A stretch of DNA of 64,000 nt. It comes from Epithemia pelagica (taxonomy: Eukaryota > Protista > Bacillariophyta). The stretch covers positions 496,001 to 560,000 of the forward strand of contig OX337240.1 of NCBI GenBank assembly GCA_946965045.2, written 5' to 3'. Positions within the stretch are counted from its first letter, which is position 1; every line of letters begins with the position of its first letter. The notes below the pieces were generated by a model. It ran no database searches. It was not told the DNA's origin and was given only the letters and a program-made list of their open reading frames with translations. Made by a program: the position numbers and the translations under genes. This document shows positions 10,672-22,427 of the stretch, in pieces.

Positions 10672-11985
10672 TCATGCATTATTATCCTCTTCGTTCCTTT
10701 TCTTGTTGGAAAGTGGTCGTACCAAGTTTCTGTCACGGATGCGTTCTGCCATTTGATGGCGAGTGGCAGAATGCCCTTTCGGTAGAGGCCTTCTTCTTGG
10801 AGTTCCATCCTCATTGTATAGCATGGGATTTCCACGTTCATCAGATGGCTGGGATGGTGCGTAGCTAATGTCACCTGCTTCTTGCACCTCCTGTACCATG
10901 TCCTCCACAGACGCACCCTGATCGAGTCGGAATTTTACCACGTAATTATGCAACCTTGCAATTGCCATCACAATGTTTGGAAGATTCCTCGTTACCTGTC
11001 TTGGCTGTTGTAAGAAACGCCACTTCATCTGCATAAGCCCAAATGCCATTTCGATGCGGATCCGGAGTTGCGATGCGAAGAAATTAAAATTATCGTATAG
11101 AGGCTCATCTCTATTAACACCATAAAATATCGGTGCTAGACGCTCTGTTGGGTGATAAGCCGCATCCCCAATAGCAACGTACCCATTGGGTAAATTGTCA
11201 ATAAGACTTCCAAGGGTGCACTGCTCGATCGCAACTTTGTCGTTCTGACTGCCAGGTCCAGCTAGCGCAAAATAAATGAACTGGGAGTTATGATCACAGG
11301 CCGCTTGGATATTTATTCCAAATTTCTTGTAGTGCCCAGAATAGAACACGCGTTGGTTGCCTACCAGTTTCTTGCGAGGTTGTTCCACATGGAGAAGGTA
11401 TCCATCTAGTACTGCAACGCAATTGACTATTGCGTCGTCGTACGATATGGATCTAAAGCCTAAGGCGGCTGTAGCACATTCACTTTCGGACTTGGGAAAT
11501 GCCATATCAAATTTGCTATTCTGACAAATTTCACGGCAAACTTCGTGGATAATGTGGTATGCTGTTGACTTCCCACAGCCAAAGTTCCTTCGGATGTCGT
11601 GCATACTCCCACCCCCTAGGTACCGGAGCGTGATGTAGAGACGAATCTCACTGGCTATCACTCCACCTCGCTTGGCACCCATTCTTCTATTCTTATGAAG
11701 ACCATCCTTGAGAATCTCGTGCAGTTTTTCAAAGGCCTTCAGGGGCATCCTCAAACACTTGATGAAGTCCTTCTCGTTATTTTTCATGTGGGCTTCCGAG
11801 AACGTCTTCCAGTCCACACGTTTGAGTGGAATCCTTGATCTGCGTCTCCTGGTTGATTTCTTGATTTTCTTGAGTAACATTATGATTTCAGTAAGTCTAG
11901 CAATCTTTTCTACATTTTGGTGTTGAGACTCCATTTCCGTGGTTTCCATCTCCTCCAATTTTTCGTAATTAGACTTTGACGTCAT
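10672..11985 (-). CDS. PIF/Harbinger DDE transposase (DDE_Tnp_4-like)
   Basis: HTH segment ITLRYLGGGSMHDIRRNFGCGKST; catalytic motifs VLDG, GPGSQND, IGDAAY and RIRIEMAFGLMQMKWRFL. First likely ATG is 11985 (MTSKS) within ORF 10672-12093. Confidence 0.92.
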   Translation of the reverse strand: MTSKSNYEKLEEMETTEMESQHQNVEKIARLTEIIMLLKKIKKSTRRRRSRIPLKRVDWKTFSEAHMKNNEKDFIKCLRMPLKAFEKLHEILKDGLHKNRRMGAKRGGVIASEIRLYITLRYLGGGSMHDIRRNFGCGKSTAYHIIHEVCREICQNSKFDMAFPKSESECATAALGFRSISYDDAIVNCVAVLDGYLLHVEQPRKKLVGNQRVFYSGHYKKFGINIQAACDHNSQFIYFALAGPGSQNDKVAIEQCTLGSLIDNLPNGYVAIGDAAYHPTERLAPIFYGVNRDEPLYDNFNFFASQLRIRIEMAFGLMQMKWRFLQQPRQVTRNLPNIVMAIARLHNYVVKFRLDQGASVEDMVQEVQEAGDISYAPSQPSDERGNPMLYNEDGTPRRRPLPKGHSATRHQMAERIRDRNLVRPLSNKKRNEEDNNA

Positions 11986-12793
11986 GGCGTTGACTTTTGC
12001 TGTTTGATTGTTGGTCTCTTGGTGCACATGGATGAGGCATGTTTGTAGACGGGGGATGAAGACAGACGGGCGGGGGATGTGAAAAAAGTTCACACGTGAA
12101 CTTCATGATTGGACCCTCAATTTTCACGCCTAAAAACTGTGACATGCCGAAGCTGTTTTTGTGTGAACTTTGTGAATGTTCACACAAGATAAGACCAACC
12201 CTCAGTCAGTCATGTCCAAAGCAAAACAAGAAACAAGAAGATTGCCACAAGGATGCGCGCGTCCCGAAACTACAACACACCCAACGGAACAGCGCCCCAT
12301 ATGGCATTCGTTCCACAATCCCATTCCGGACACGTGGCATTCACGACCCGTCGTCGCAAAAGACTCGCCAGGATCATCATCATCATCATCATTCGGTATC
12401 ATCATCATCATTTTATATCCTTGCATGGCATATGCTCCGTTGGCTTTGGAGCACACCATGCGACCACGGACAACTCTGAGCACTACTAGAAGGAGCAGAT
12501 ATCATCTGCCTCGTGGTCCACCTTCTTCAGTGGAACCGTACGAGTTCCACGCCGGCTATAGCTTAGTTTGTGTGTGTGTGTGTACGTGAATGGAGGAAAC
12601 AACCACCACCCAACAAGAAGGGACCAGGCAAGATTCCACCTCTCGAGAAAGTACGCGCTCTTCGTCGTCAAGTCCGTCGTGGTCTCCTGTATTTGTCTCG
12701 GGCGGAACCAGTCCGTTCGTCAGCGACAAACAAAATGGAGTGGCAACCACCACCAGAAGAAGAACAGAACCGATGGATGGAGACACACAGGTT

Positions 12794-12897
12794 GCTCTCG
12801 ATGAATGGGTCGAATGATCTTTCTGGACTTATTACCACCTGTAGAGCTCTCGATGAACAGGTCGAATGATCTTTATGGACCTATTACCTACTGTAGA
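12794..12897 (+). repeat. Degenerate tandem duplication, 2 x 52 bp
   Basis: GCTCTCGATGAATGGGTCGAATGATCTTTCTGGAC... (12794-12845) is repeated as GCTCTCGATGAACAGGTCGAATGATCTTTATGGAC... (12846-12897). Confidence 0.8.
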
Positions 12898-13374
12898 ATA
12901 TCGTGACGTGTACAGCACTCGATCTGCCGTTAGAGAGGGTATCGTTTGTTACAATAGCAGTACTGCTCACAGTGGCCCTTGATGAGACACTGCATTCCTT
13001 ACGAGTGATGAAGACGTGGCGCAAGATTCGGTTGATAGGCAGCCGCATCCGACTACTGTTGCCCGTTCCGAAACGGATTGGCAGTCACCTGTAGTCTTCT
13101 GGCAAAGGAGCCATGCCAAACGAATAGAGTCTTTCCAGAAAAAAGAGTGGTATGCTATTAAATCTCATAAAAATAATTACTATGAAGCTGATGTAGTACG
13201 TACGACGAGATATTTGCATCGAAAGCAACAATCATAAACGTGGCATATATATGTGTATACGCACGACCAATGGTCCCTCCATCCAATTTCACGGGGACAA
13301 CCTGTGCACCACGAGAGGGGTGTGTGTGTGTGTTTATCGTTTGCGTCAAACAAACGACCTGTTTTCGTGTGCGA

Positions 13375-16300
13375 CTAGGACTTGGCAAAGAGGGCGGGTT
13401 CAATGGCGGCGCTAATCAACAAACTGTTTTCGGCCGGACAAAAGACGCGCAAAAGTTCCATTCCAGCCACGCCCCAGACAAATTCCATGGGACCACCGGA
13501 ATAGGAATGCTTGATTCTATCGCAACAATTCTTGCGCTTCGCCATCCATTCCTTGTCTCGGTCCCAACCCACCTTGTATAAGAGAGCCGCTCGAAAGTCT
13601 CGCTTGACTTCCATCAAACCGCCCATGGTAGCGCCGGAGTCGACCCACCCACCATCCGAATCCATGAGTTCGAATCGCTTTTGTTTGAAGTAGTCAATTT
13701 TCCATTGGTCCATCTTGACAATATGTTCCTCCGTTTCCTCTTCTGTTGCAAAGGTTGAATCCTTGGCAGGGTGGCTTTCCATGTACTTGGCTTTGTCGGC
13801 AAGGAAGCTATCCACGGCACTTGCCATTTTTTCCCAGTATCTCTGGAAAGAGGGATGATGACGAAACCGTTTGACTATTTTCTCCACGCGAGGGTCCACT
13901 CCAGGACCCAACTCGGATTCTTCCATACCCGCAATTGCCCTGTTCATGGTCTCTCGGAGCGTCCGAAACAAACGACCCAACACCTTTTCGGACCGGTACG
14001 AATTCTGAACAACCACACATTTGACACACCAGTCGGGAGTCCTGATTCGTTTGGTAATATCTCGGTATTCCTTGTCACTCAGAAATGCTGTCATGAAACA
14101 GACCACAGTTATGAGTTTGTCCTATTGTTTGAAAGCACATGATAGAACACAGTAAAACTTACGTGTATCGGGGACGTCGACTTGAAGAAATGAAGCTCGG
14201 CCTAGCTGTCTAGCCTCTTCGGAATCAAACCCCTTGTAATCAATAGCCGCATCCAATTGTGTTGCCAGTTTTCCCAGTGTCACATGGTGTAAGAATGACT
14301 TGCGAGCGTAAGAAACTTCAGTCAGCCGGTTGTCCTTGCCCCAAGCAATTATTTGGCCCAATGGATGGGGTTGATCCACAATGTCATCAACCTCCATTGG
14401 CGGATTCTCCGGTTGGACATGCATCAGCAAATCCTTGTTCCACGAAACCCAAGCAAGATCTCCGTCGTAGTCCCCACCAGACATTTTGTCGGCCTCGCTC
14501 CGCTTACCCTTGTTACACAAAACAATGCAATTCGAAAGGTCTGCAAAAACAAAATTGAGCAGCGCTCAAACAATGCATCAACCACAATACACTTGCACTT
14601 ACGACTAAAGAAATCAAACGACTCTTCTCCACTCCTCATGAGCTCTGGAGCCAGGTATGGTGTCTCTCGTGTTTTGTCATTCGCTCGCATCTTAAGCTCC
14701 GTAAGCGATACGAGCTTCAGTCTGCGCAAATCTCCAGCAAAATACGACGGAGATCTCATGGCCAGGATTTCCTCGGCTGACTTGTTGAGACGACTCGTCG
14801 CAACAAAAGCCTCTCCTTCTTCCATCAGCATTGTATGGTCGGCATACATGCGCAGATACACACAACCTGGCAACGGATAGTTGGCCTTTTCCTGGAGTGA
14901 CCGAAACATTTTGGCCACCAGCTTTCTTTTAAAACGACGAAGTTCCGGGTCTGTAAGTCCAACCGTTGCACACTCCAACATGAGGCATTGACGACTGTCA
15001 GTCGTATCCCTCAGCACACCGTTGCGCTGTTTTTCCCTGAGGTGCTTTACCCAAGCCATTCTTGCCTCATCACCAGACCTGGAAAGACATTCCAGATCCG
15101 CAATGGCAGGTTTCAAGCAATGAGTTTCGAAAAACTCCCAAGGGACTCCCAAATGCTCCAATTGTTGAATAATTCGAGCATTGAGAGTGGCTGCACCGGG
15201 CTCTTTGTCCCAGGTGCTCACCTCAAAAATATTGTGCTCTTCGTTATGCTCGTCCATATTGCTTGGAGCGTATTGCACCAAACATGATTGCGGAACGCAA
15301 AACTTCAATTGACTTGTTCTACAATGAACCACAATCTCAGAGCCCAAGGACGTGTCAAGAACCCAAGTCCCCTTGAACCCACCGAGGCGACCTTGAAACC
15401 CTGTATAGGGACAAAGTTTTTCATCCGATCGTTTTAAAATCGGTAGTTGCTCCTGATATCGTTCCCATACCATGTTCAACGCGGGTAACGATATCAACCC
15501 GCATCCGTCAATCTCCGCAAAGTCATTACCAAGGTCGAAGTCAGGCACAATCACTACAGAGCCCTTCGGCAACGCTGCCGTTGGTGTAGTCTTTGAAAAC
15601 ATGAGCTTCATTCGTTTCATGCGCTTCGCAATGGTCATGGTCTTATTCATGTCCTGAGGCATTGCCCACTCTACGACTTGCTTGACCGTGATCGGCGTCA
15701 ATCCCGGTCCCTTTTCTGCGAAAAGGACAAACTGTTGTGGATCTTTGTCCTTCTTACACCAAAGGTATCGGTAGGTACGGTCAAAAAGACGTTTTGAGCA
15801 CCCCTCGGAGATACCTTTACCGGCAAAGAGTTCTTTTACATGTTCAGAGGGGACGTCTTTCTTCACCCGCAATGTCAAGAAACGATCCGCACCAAATCTT
15901 CGGAAAATTCTTCGGTCACGTGCAGGCTCGGGAGCGCAAAGTTCCAAGACTCCTTCCACACCTCGTACCGTCCCAGTCCAATATAGTCCGTGGCCAGTTC
16001 GTTCAGCGTCAAGAAGAAGATCCATGTTCAAATGTTTCAGTCCTTTACACTGAGACATATACTTGCATGCTTTTTCCAGCCTCCCGTCATGATTGTCGTC
16101 ATCATATGCGTACAGACCAACAATCGCGTTGAACTGACTGTGATTTTCCCGGTGTTTGGAAAGCTTCTGAAGTCCATATTGCACAAGGATTGGCATTTTC
16201 CCCCTTCTTTCCTTATCGATGGAATCTTCAAGGCTAATTTTTAGGTGGTTGCCGCTTGCAACCTGTATTAGATTCTCCGGGGGCAAGGATTTGAGAATTT

Positions 16301-19300
16301 GAAAACCTCCTACTTTGCCATTTTCTGTTCTCTGAATCAGGTTATCAATGAGCTTTGACCGTGTTTTCATGGACCGTTCATGTATGCCCAGCCCTTTCTC
16401 AAAAGTCTCATTCATGTATTGTACCAAGTCATGAAGTAGACTTTGATCCGAACAGCCAGAAAGTAGATTCTGGATGAAGTCCTTCTCTTGAATGTTCGAC
16501 AAGGACCTCATAACATTTCGCGAGATGTTATGCCATGCACCGTATTCCCTTTGGTTGTTTTGCTCAATGTCATTGAACCTTGGCACTCTGCTGAACTCCG
16601 CTTTCATCTTCTTGAGAAAACTGGTTAACCTGTGAGTCACGGACCTTTGGTTTGAAGGCTGTAGTTTCGCTGCACAGTTATCACAAAGTATTCTTCTTCC
16701 ATCGGCAACGGAGCATCTAACTTCGGTTGAATCACGCACCAGGGTGGAGCGAGCTAAGGCTTCTCTACGACAGATACTGCCATTCCAAGCATACGCAGTA
16801 ACAAGGCTAAGCTTGGACTCCATAGCCTCTTGCTGATTCCCCGGCTGACGTCCATATATCTCTCTCAAGGTTGTACGATCTTCCAACCGAAAGAACATGT
16901 AACAATACGTCAGCTTGCCGTCACGACCAGCTCTTCCTGTTTGCTGCAAATATTCATCTGGAAAGACATGAGAGTTCCAATGAAAAATTGGCAGTCCGAC
17001 AAGACAAGAAAAAAACTTACCGAGGGACTCTGGCATCTGAACATGGAAACAGAATCGGACATCTTTTGGGAGATCATCGACTCCTCTGCCCAGCGCGGAA
17101 TTCGCACATAGCACCTGCATCTCCGGACTCTTGAATTCCTTTAGCGTTTTGTTGTTGCTTTCCTTTTCGTCCGGCGTTTCAGCCCGGACAAAGGTTCCGG
17201 ATGATAAACCAATTGATTTCAGTTTATTTTGAAACTCATAGACCTTTTTCTTGCCAACAAAGTAGCAAACCGCCTTCGGCTTCGTCTCCTCGCATCCATC
17301 TAAGATTTCTTTGATTCGGGAAGCGACTTTGTCAGCGGTTGTTTTCCGTTCAACCATGTAGAAATGATGCTTGGGCAGCGGGTCACAATGTATAAAAAGC
17401 TTTGGTTTTCGGTGTGATCCATGTTTCCGCGTTACGATCTTCACTACGCTTTCTGAGGCGGTTGCAGAAAGAAACATTCTGTATCATTGATGAGAATGAC
17501 AAGGAAGAGAGATCACAGTTCTCATGCGGCGTACTTACATGGGCACAGTTGTAAGATACCTGCGAATCATTGGTACAATTGAAGCATACGCTTCTCGGGA
17601 AACACCGGCCTTCATGCCTTCTTCCACACTGACATCAAGCACTTTGGTGAGAGTCATCACCGAATGAAAAACCATATTCGTCTCAGACGTACCATAAATC
17701 GAATTCGTCAATGACAATTCTTGCAAGCTTGCCTTGCTTACTGAGATCGGACAATTGGTTTATGGGCGCGTCTCGGTAAATGAGTTCAGGGGTCGTGACT
17801 ATGACCAGAGGCTCCTTTCCACGTTTCCAGTTCTTCGCCAAATCTGCCAGCCGGTCTAAGGCCGGCAGCGTTTTACAGCTACCCTTTGCTTCATCAAGTT
17901 TGAGCAGCTTTTCGCATGGGATTTGGCGTTTCTTTAGTTCCTGTAAAAGGCTTTCAATCAGTGCCCTCAGAGGCTCCACCACGATAGTGATTCCACCGTA
18001 CAACACAGCAGGAACCAGAAAGCACATGGTCTGTTTTGGCCCAGCAACAAACACCGTGAGACAGAAAGGATATGGACTTGCAGGACTGCCACCACATACA
18101 ACCTACCTTTCCAAACCCACAAGGAGCGTTCACTATGATATCTTTTCCCGGATGCTCAATGGCCTCTGTACAAACTACTTGTTGCAGTGTTTTGAGGGAT
18201 TCCAACTGTAGCCTCGCCTTGGCCTTATCAAGCAACGACCGAGTAACTTGTCGTATATTCATTATCCCCGTATCTTCTGCATCCACGTATTGAATATCGA
18301 CGACGTCTTTCAGTTCCAAACAAACGTCATTAATTTCACTTGCAAGCTCCGGGAAAAGCTTCTTGAACGGCTGCATCAAAACAAGAGCCGTTTTTCGGGC
18401 AGCATTGAAGGAAGATGCCTCCATCTCCTCCCAGTCAGCATCCACAACCCAACGCTGTTTCCAGTGCGGTACTTGTTCCGACACCTTCGGACGAGTCTTC
18501 TCGCCCGCCTTCTTCCCAGTCTTCTCATTCTCGTCGTCTTCCTGCTCACTCATTTCTTCATCGTCACTCGCTTCCTGTACCTCCTGGACACTCATTTCTT
18601 CATCGTCACTCGCTTCTTGTGCCTCCATCCATGTACTGTAGCTCGTAGTAATACTTGCCGTCGTCGTCGTCGTCTTCTTCTTCCTGCGGCCCACCTGTTT
18701 CTCCTTCCCAGTCTTCCTCAGATGCCGTTCGGATTCGGAGTCAAACCCATCCGAGTCATCCGAAGACTCAACGGACGATCTAGGTAGTAATAAAAAAAGA
18801 AAATGCGCACAACTGTGAGACTCTGTGTTTGTACGCACACCGAACCGACTCATCCGACAAACACGCCAAAATCGAAAACACCGAACCGACTCATCCGACA
18901 AACACGCCAAAATCGACAACGCTCCACAACCAACCGTGACCTACTTGATGGGGAGTTTGGTTTTCGAGCCACGTCGCTTTTTGCTCACGAATCGTTGGTA
19001 TTGATCCTGAACAAATTGAACCTGTCGTGCCCGACAAAACTTGGGAAACCCGGGATCCCACAAACCTTTGGTTCGAATTTCCTCTTGCATCTTCTCGACT
19101 TCGGCACCCTCCAACTCGAAATGCGGCGGCGTGTGTTCAAATTTCCACTCCGGACAACCCAACCATTCCGTCAACCAGGCACCAGCGCCCGCCCGGGTCA
19201 TTTGATAACACGTCTGTTTCTTTTTCAGTTTCTTGTTTTGCGATCGTGTTTGGAGCTCTCGAAAAATCATGTAGGGATGACCACGCTTTTGCAACTCTGT

Positions 19301-21279
19301 GTCTTCCATGCTCATTTTGGCTTGAGTACCAGTTTTATTTTCGTTCTTGACATGATTCCATCCCGAAAAGGATTTGGTGGCCTGAAAAATGGCCGCCACA
19401 AAGACGCATTCGCGACTCTTTTGATTGGCAAAGCGCATATACAGAGTGGACCCGACTGCGAATTCCTTGGCGTGTCCATTCCGGTCGACAACTCGAAATT
19501 TTCCATAGTAGACACGACCTAGCTTTTCGGAATCTGGAAATGATAGTGAAAGAGGAGAGAGGGTCAGAAACAAAATCCAACAACACTCCAGACAGACATG
19601 CCGACAGTCGACTTACACTTGTCTAACGGCTCCAACAATTGAATTTGGGCCGCCTTTCCGGGACGCAAACTCCCCAGAGTATCGTAAAACGCGTCATGTC
19701 GATGAATGACCGACTTTTGATTTGCCTTGACTCGCCGTTCGGGAGGACGAATCAGAGTCAAACTACTTTTCTTGTCGTCGTCGTCTGTCTCCTCCTCGTT
19801 GGGTGCCCTCGTACGACCTTCTTCTTCTTCGTTCTGCATTTCGTCGTCCGAGTCGTCAAAAACGGTGGCAACCATTTTGGTCTTCTTCTGGACTTCCAGT
19901 TCCATTTCATCCTCCGTGTCGTCTACGTCCAGGATGGCCTTTTTGGGGCGGTGGTTCTTCTTCTTCTTCCTTGCGACCCGGTTGCGCTTTGTTCGGTTCG
20001 GGTCTTCGTCGTCCTCGGTATCGTCCACATCCAAAATGGCCTTTTTCGGGCGGTTCTTGGTGGGTGTCCGCTGGTCCTTGGCAGGTTCCAGTTCGTCATT
20101 GTCGTGGTCGATCTCCAGGACTGTCGTGTGGTTGGTTGGGTTCCGGCGCGAGCTCCGGCGCTGGGTCGTCTCCTGCTCTTCTTCTTCTTCTTCTTCCTCC
20201 ATGTCCTTGGTGTCGTCATTGTGGGCAACACTCGCTGGTTTGATCGACTCTTTGCTCCTGAATTCCTCCTTGTGTGGTTCTGGTTTGGTTCCCGCGATGG
20301 ATCGAGCGCGTTTGGGATAATGATGAATCGAGTCGGCAATGAGACCTGCCGTGTTTTCATTGTCGTCGTCCTTCTTGTCCCAGAGGATGCGTCGCTTGCG
20401 CACGGGTGGAATCCGAGCCTCCACCACCAGGGGTGTTTCCAACGTTGCGGCCACGGAGGATTCCTCCATTCGCTCGTCTTTGGTGGTGGTGACGCGCGGA
20501 GGGACTAGCACAAACGACGAAGCAGAACACGTCCGCCTGTGCTCTGGTTTCGTTGGAGCACTATTAGGGAGCGTTGAGCGACGGTAGGGATTGTTCAACA
20601 CGACCGGGGGAGACACGGGGAATGGCATCGACGGAATCTTTCGATCATCCTTGGTGGAGGGTGTCACCACCACAGCGGCTGTCAAAGGGACGGCGGCTGC
20701 GGCGGGTGGTGGTGGTTGTCGTCGTGGTGGCGCCGGCATGGTACCGGGAGGATCTTGTTGGCGGCGCCGTTCGGGTGTTTCCTTGTTGTCCTTGTCGCTG
20801 TTCTTCTTGTCCTTCTTCTTGTTGTTGTCGTCGTCGGGGAGTCGTCGCGGCGGTAAGCGCTGAAACGGACTCGTCACATGATTGTGATGCAAGGGGTCCG
20901 GTTGGTTGGGTTCGTCCAAGGCTTCTTCGGTCGACGATGGAGAACAGGCCGCGATCAGCAAGGGACGATGCGGTGCGTCCGGAGGAGCCGCATTTTGCAA
21001 GACTTCTTCTTGTTCTGCTTCTTGTTCGACTTGCGGTTCTGGCGCTGCTGCGGGTGGTTGAATCCACGCCGCAGATGGAGCGTCTTCGGGTGCGTTGGGT
21101 TCGTCTTCTGGTTCGGGTGGGTGCGGATCGTGATTGTTGTCGTTGTCGTTCTGCGCGGCGACGGTCGGGTTACTCCGAATGGCCCCCGCTTCCAAAAAGG
21201 CTCGTGCCACGACTTGGGCAATGTTTTCAATCATTTGCGCATGAAACGATGATGACGACTTGGACGACGACTTGGACAT
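13375..21279 (-). CDS. RDR: RecQ helicase - RNA-dependent RNA polymerase (QDE-1/RDR-type) fusion protein, 9 exons, 2418 aa
   Basis: Exons 21279-19617, 19533-18945, 18779-18107, 18030-17693, 17628-17539, 17478-17021, 16957-14603, 14540-14163, 14087-13375 total 7257 nt, with GT-AG introns and matching phases. Splicing rebuilds NAPCGFGK|TMCFLVPA, IVIDEFDLC, PI|MFLSATA, PESLDEYLQQTGRAGRDG and a 4-Cys RecQ Zn site (CRRE...C...CDNC). These are followed by RdRP motifs DGCGLIS, FQGRLGGFKG, RSPSYFAGD, HLSNCIVL...SGGDYDGD and SEKVLGRLFR. Confidence 0.9.
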
Positions 21280-21778
21280 GCTGCGGTGTGATCCCAACCA
21301 CACTTGGACGCGGATCGCGCAGCGTGTATCTTTTGGGGAGGAGACTTTACTCAAACCACAAACTGAACTGTGCTGCTTCTTGAAATGTCGTTTGGGGCGG
21401 CAACACCCTCCGCTCCGGAAATCGAATTGCGCCACACGTAACAAGGTGGGTGGTCGAGGTCCAGGTCCGGTCCTTTCTCGCTTCGTTTGAAGGAGCGAGG
21501 AATCGAAAGCGTTCTCTCGTTGTGGCGGCAGTTGTTCGGACTTTTGTGGGAAGGAGGCGACACCAAGTTCGTATAACGCCCAAGCGTTTACTCTAAGGAG
21601 TTTTGCGATCGCTTTTCTATACAAATACTGGAGTAGTCACTCCTTCTCTTTATCGTGTGTTGAACGCTAGTGTTTACTGGGTGGCGTCAAGATTTTTGGC
21701 GTATCTTTCGGTCGCTCGTGAACATTGCTGAGGCAGGTAGCATCGATAGTTGGAGTAAATCTACGCCTTAGTAGAATA

Positions 21779-22211
21779 CCGTAATTTGCGGATTCCTGTC
21801 CCCCCGGAATGTACAAAAATTAAGAGGAGGGGGACAGGACTACGCAATTTTGGATAATTTTTCTTAAGATTCCATTCACACAATACAATTGTCTTGTTAG
21901 TAAATTAATTTTCAACCTCGGGGTTGTAGAGAAGGTTTGGTCGCACAATTCCAGTCAGGGGAAAGACCGTGCTTCAATGCGTAGCCTTAACCCTAATCAT
22001 AATACCCATCATGCTTTATCTCTTGTTTCTCCTCTTTGATTCACTCCCATGTAATGTCAGGCAGTGTGATAGAAAGCTCGGAACGTGAGGAATGTGGGGG
22101 TAACCCATAAGCCCAGAAAGAACCTACAGATAAAAAGTTAGGGGGCCATGTACGTTTAAGGGGAGTGGGGGGGACAGGACTATAGGGGGGACAGGAATCC
22201 GCAAATTACGG
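21779..22211. mobile_element. MITE, Tc1/mariner superfamily-like (433 bp, non-autonomous)
   Basis: Perfect 27-bp TIRs CCGTAATTTGCGGATTCCTGTCCCCCC (21779-21805 / 22185-22211), TA on both flanks, AT-rich non-coding interior. Confidence 0.85.
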
Positions 22212-22427
22212 TAGGCGTTTCGCCAAGGTCTCTCTATTCTCTTGAATAGTCTATACACAGTCTCCCGTGATTGGCGAGATTGCGTGGCGTGGAGTGCATC
22301 AAAACCTCGTTTGGGATCGGTCCCCTCCCAATCACCATGAAACCGAACAGCAGCAGCAACAGTCACCAGAGTCCGTCCTACCGCGGAGAACAAGAAGAAG
22401 AGCAAGATATCCAGAAACCGCTTCATC

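Larger units (their letters stand above)
9082..12201. mobile_element. PIF/Harbinger DNA transposon, apparently intact (3120 bp)
   Basis: 40-bp TIRs (9082-9121 / 12162-12201, 38/40 identical, begin GGGTTGGTCTTATC). 3-bp TSD TCA at 9079-9081 and 12202-12204. Two convergent ORFs, one a DDE transposase. Confidence 0.95.

Noticed and set aside
12212-12589. Possible small host gene starting 7 nt after the Harbinger TSD (MSKAKQETRRL...)
   Set aside because: No recognisable motif, similar-length ORFs occur in all frames, and it runs through (CAT)n and (GT)n microsatellites.
13375-17477. Viral RdRP or Helitron/virus-derived helicase-polymerase cassette
   Set aside because: The catalytic motif is the cellular DxDGD double-psi barrel type, not viral GDD. 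The helicase is SF2 RecQ-like, not Pif1/SF1. The gene has eight spliceosomal introns and no element termini.
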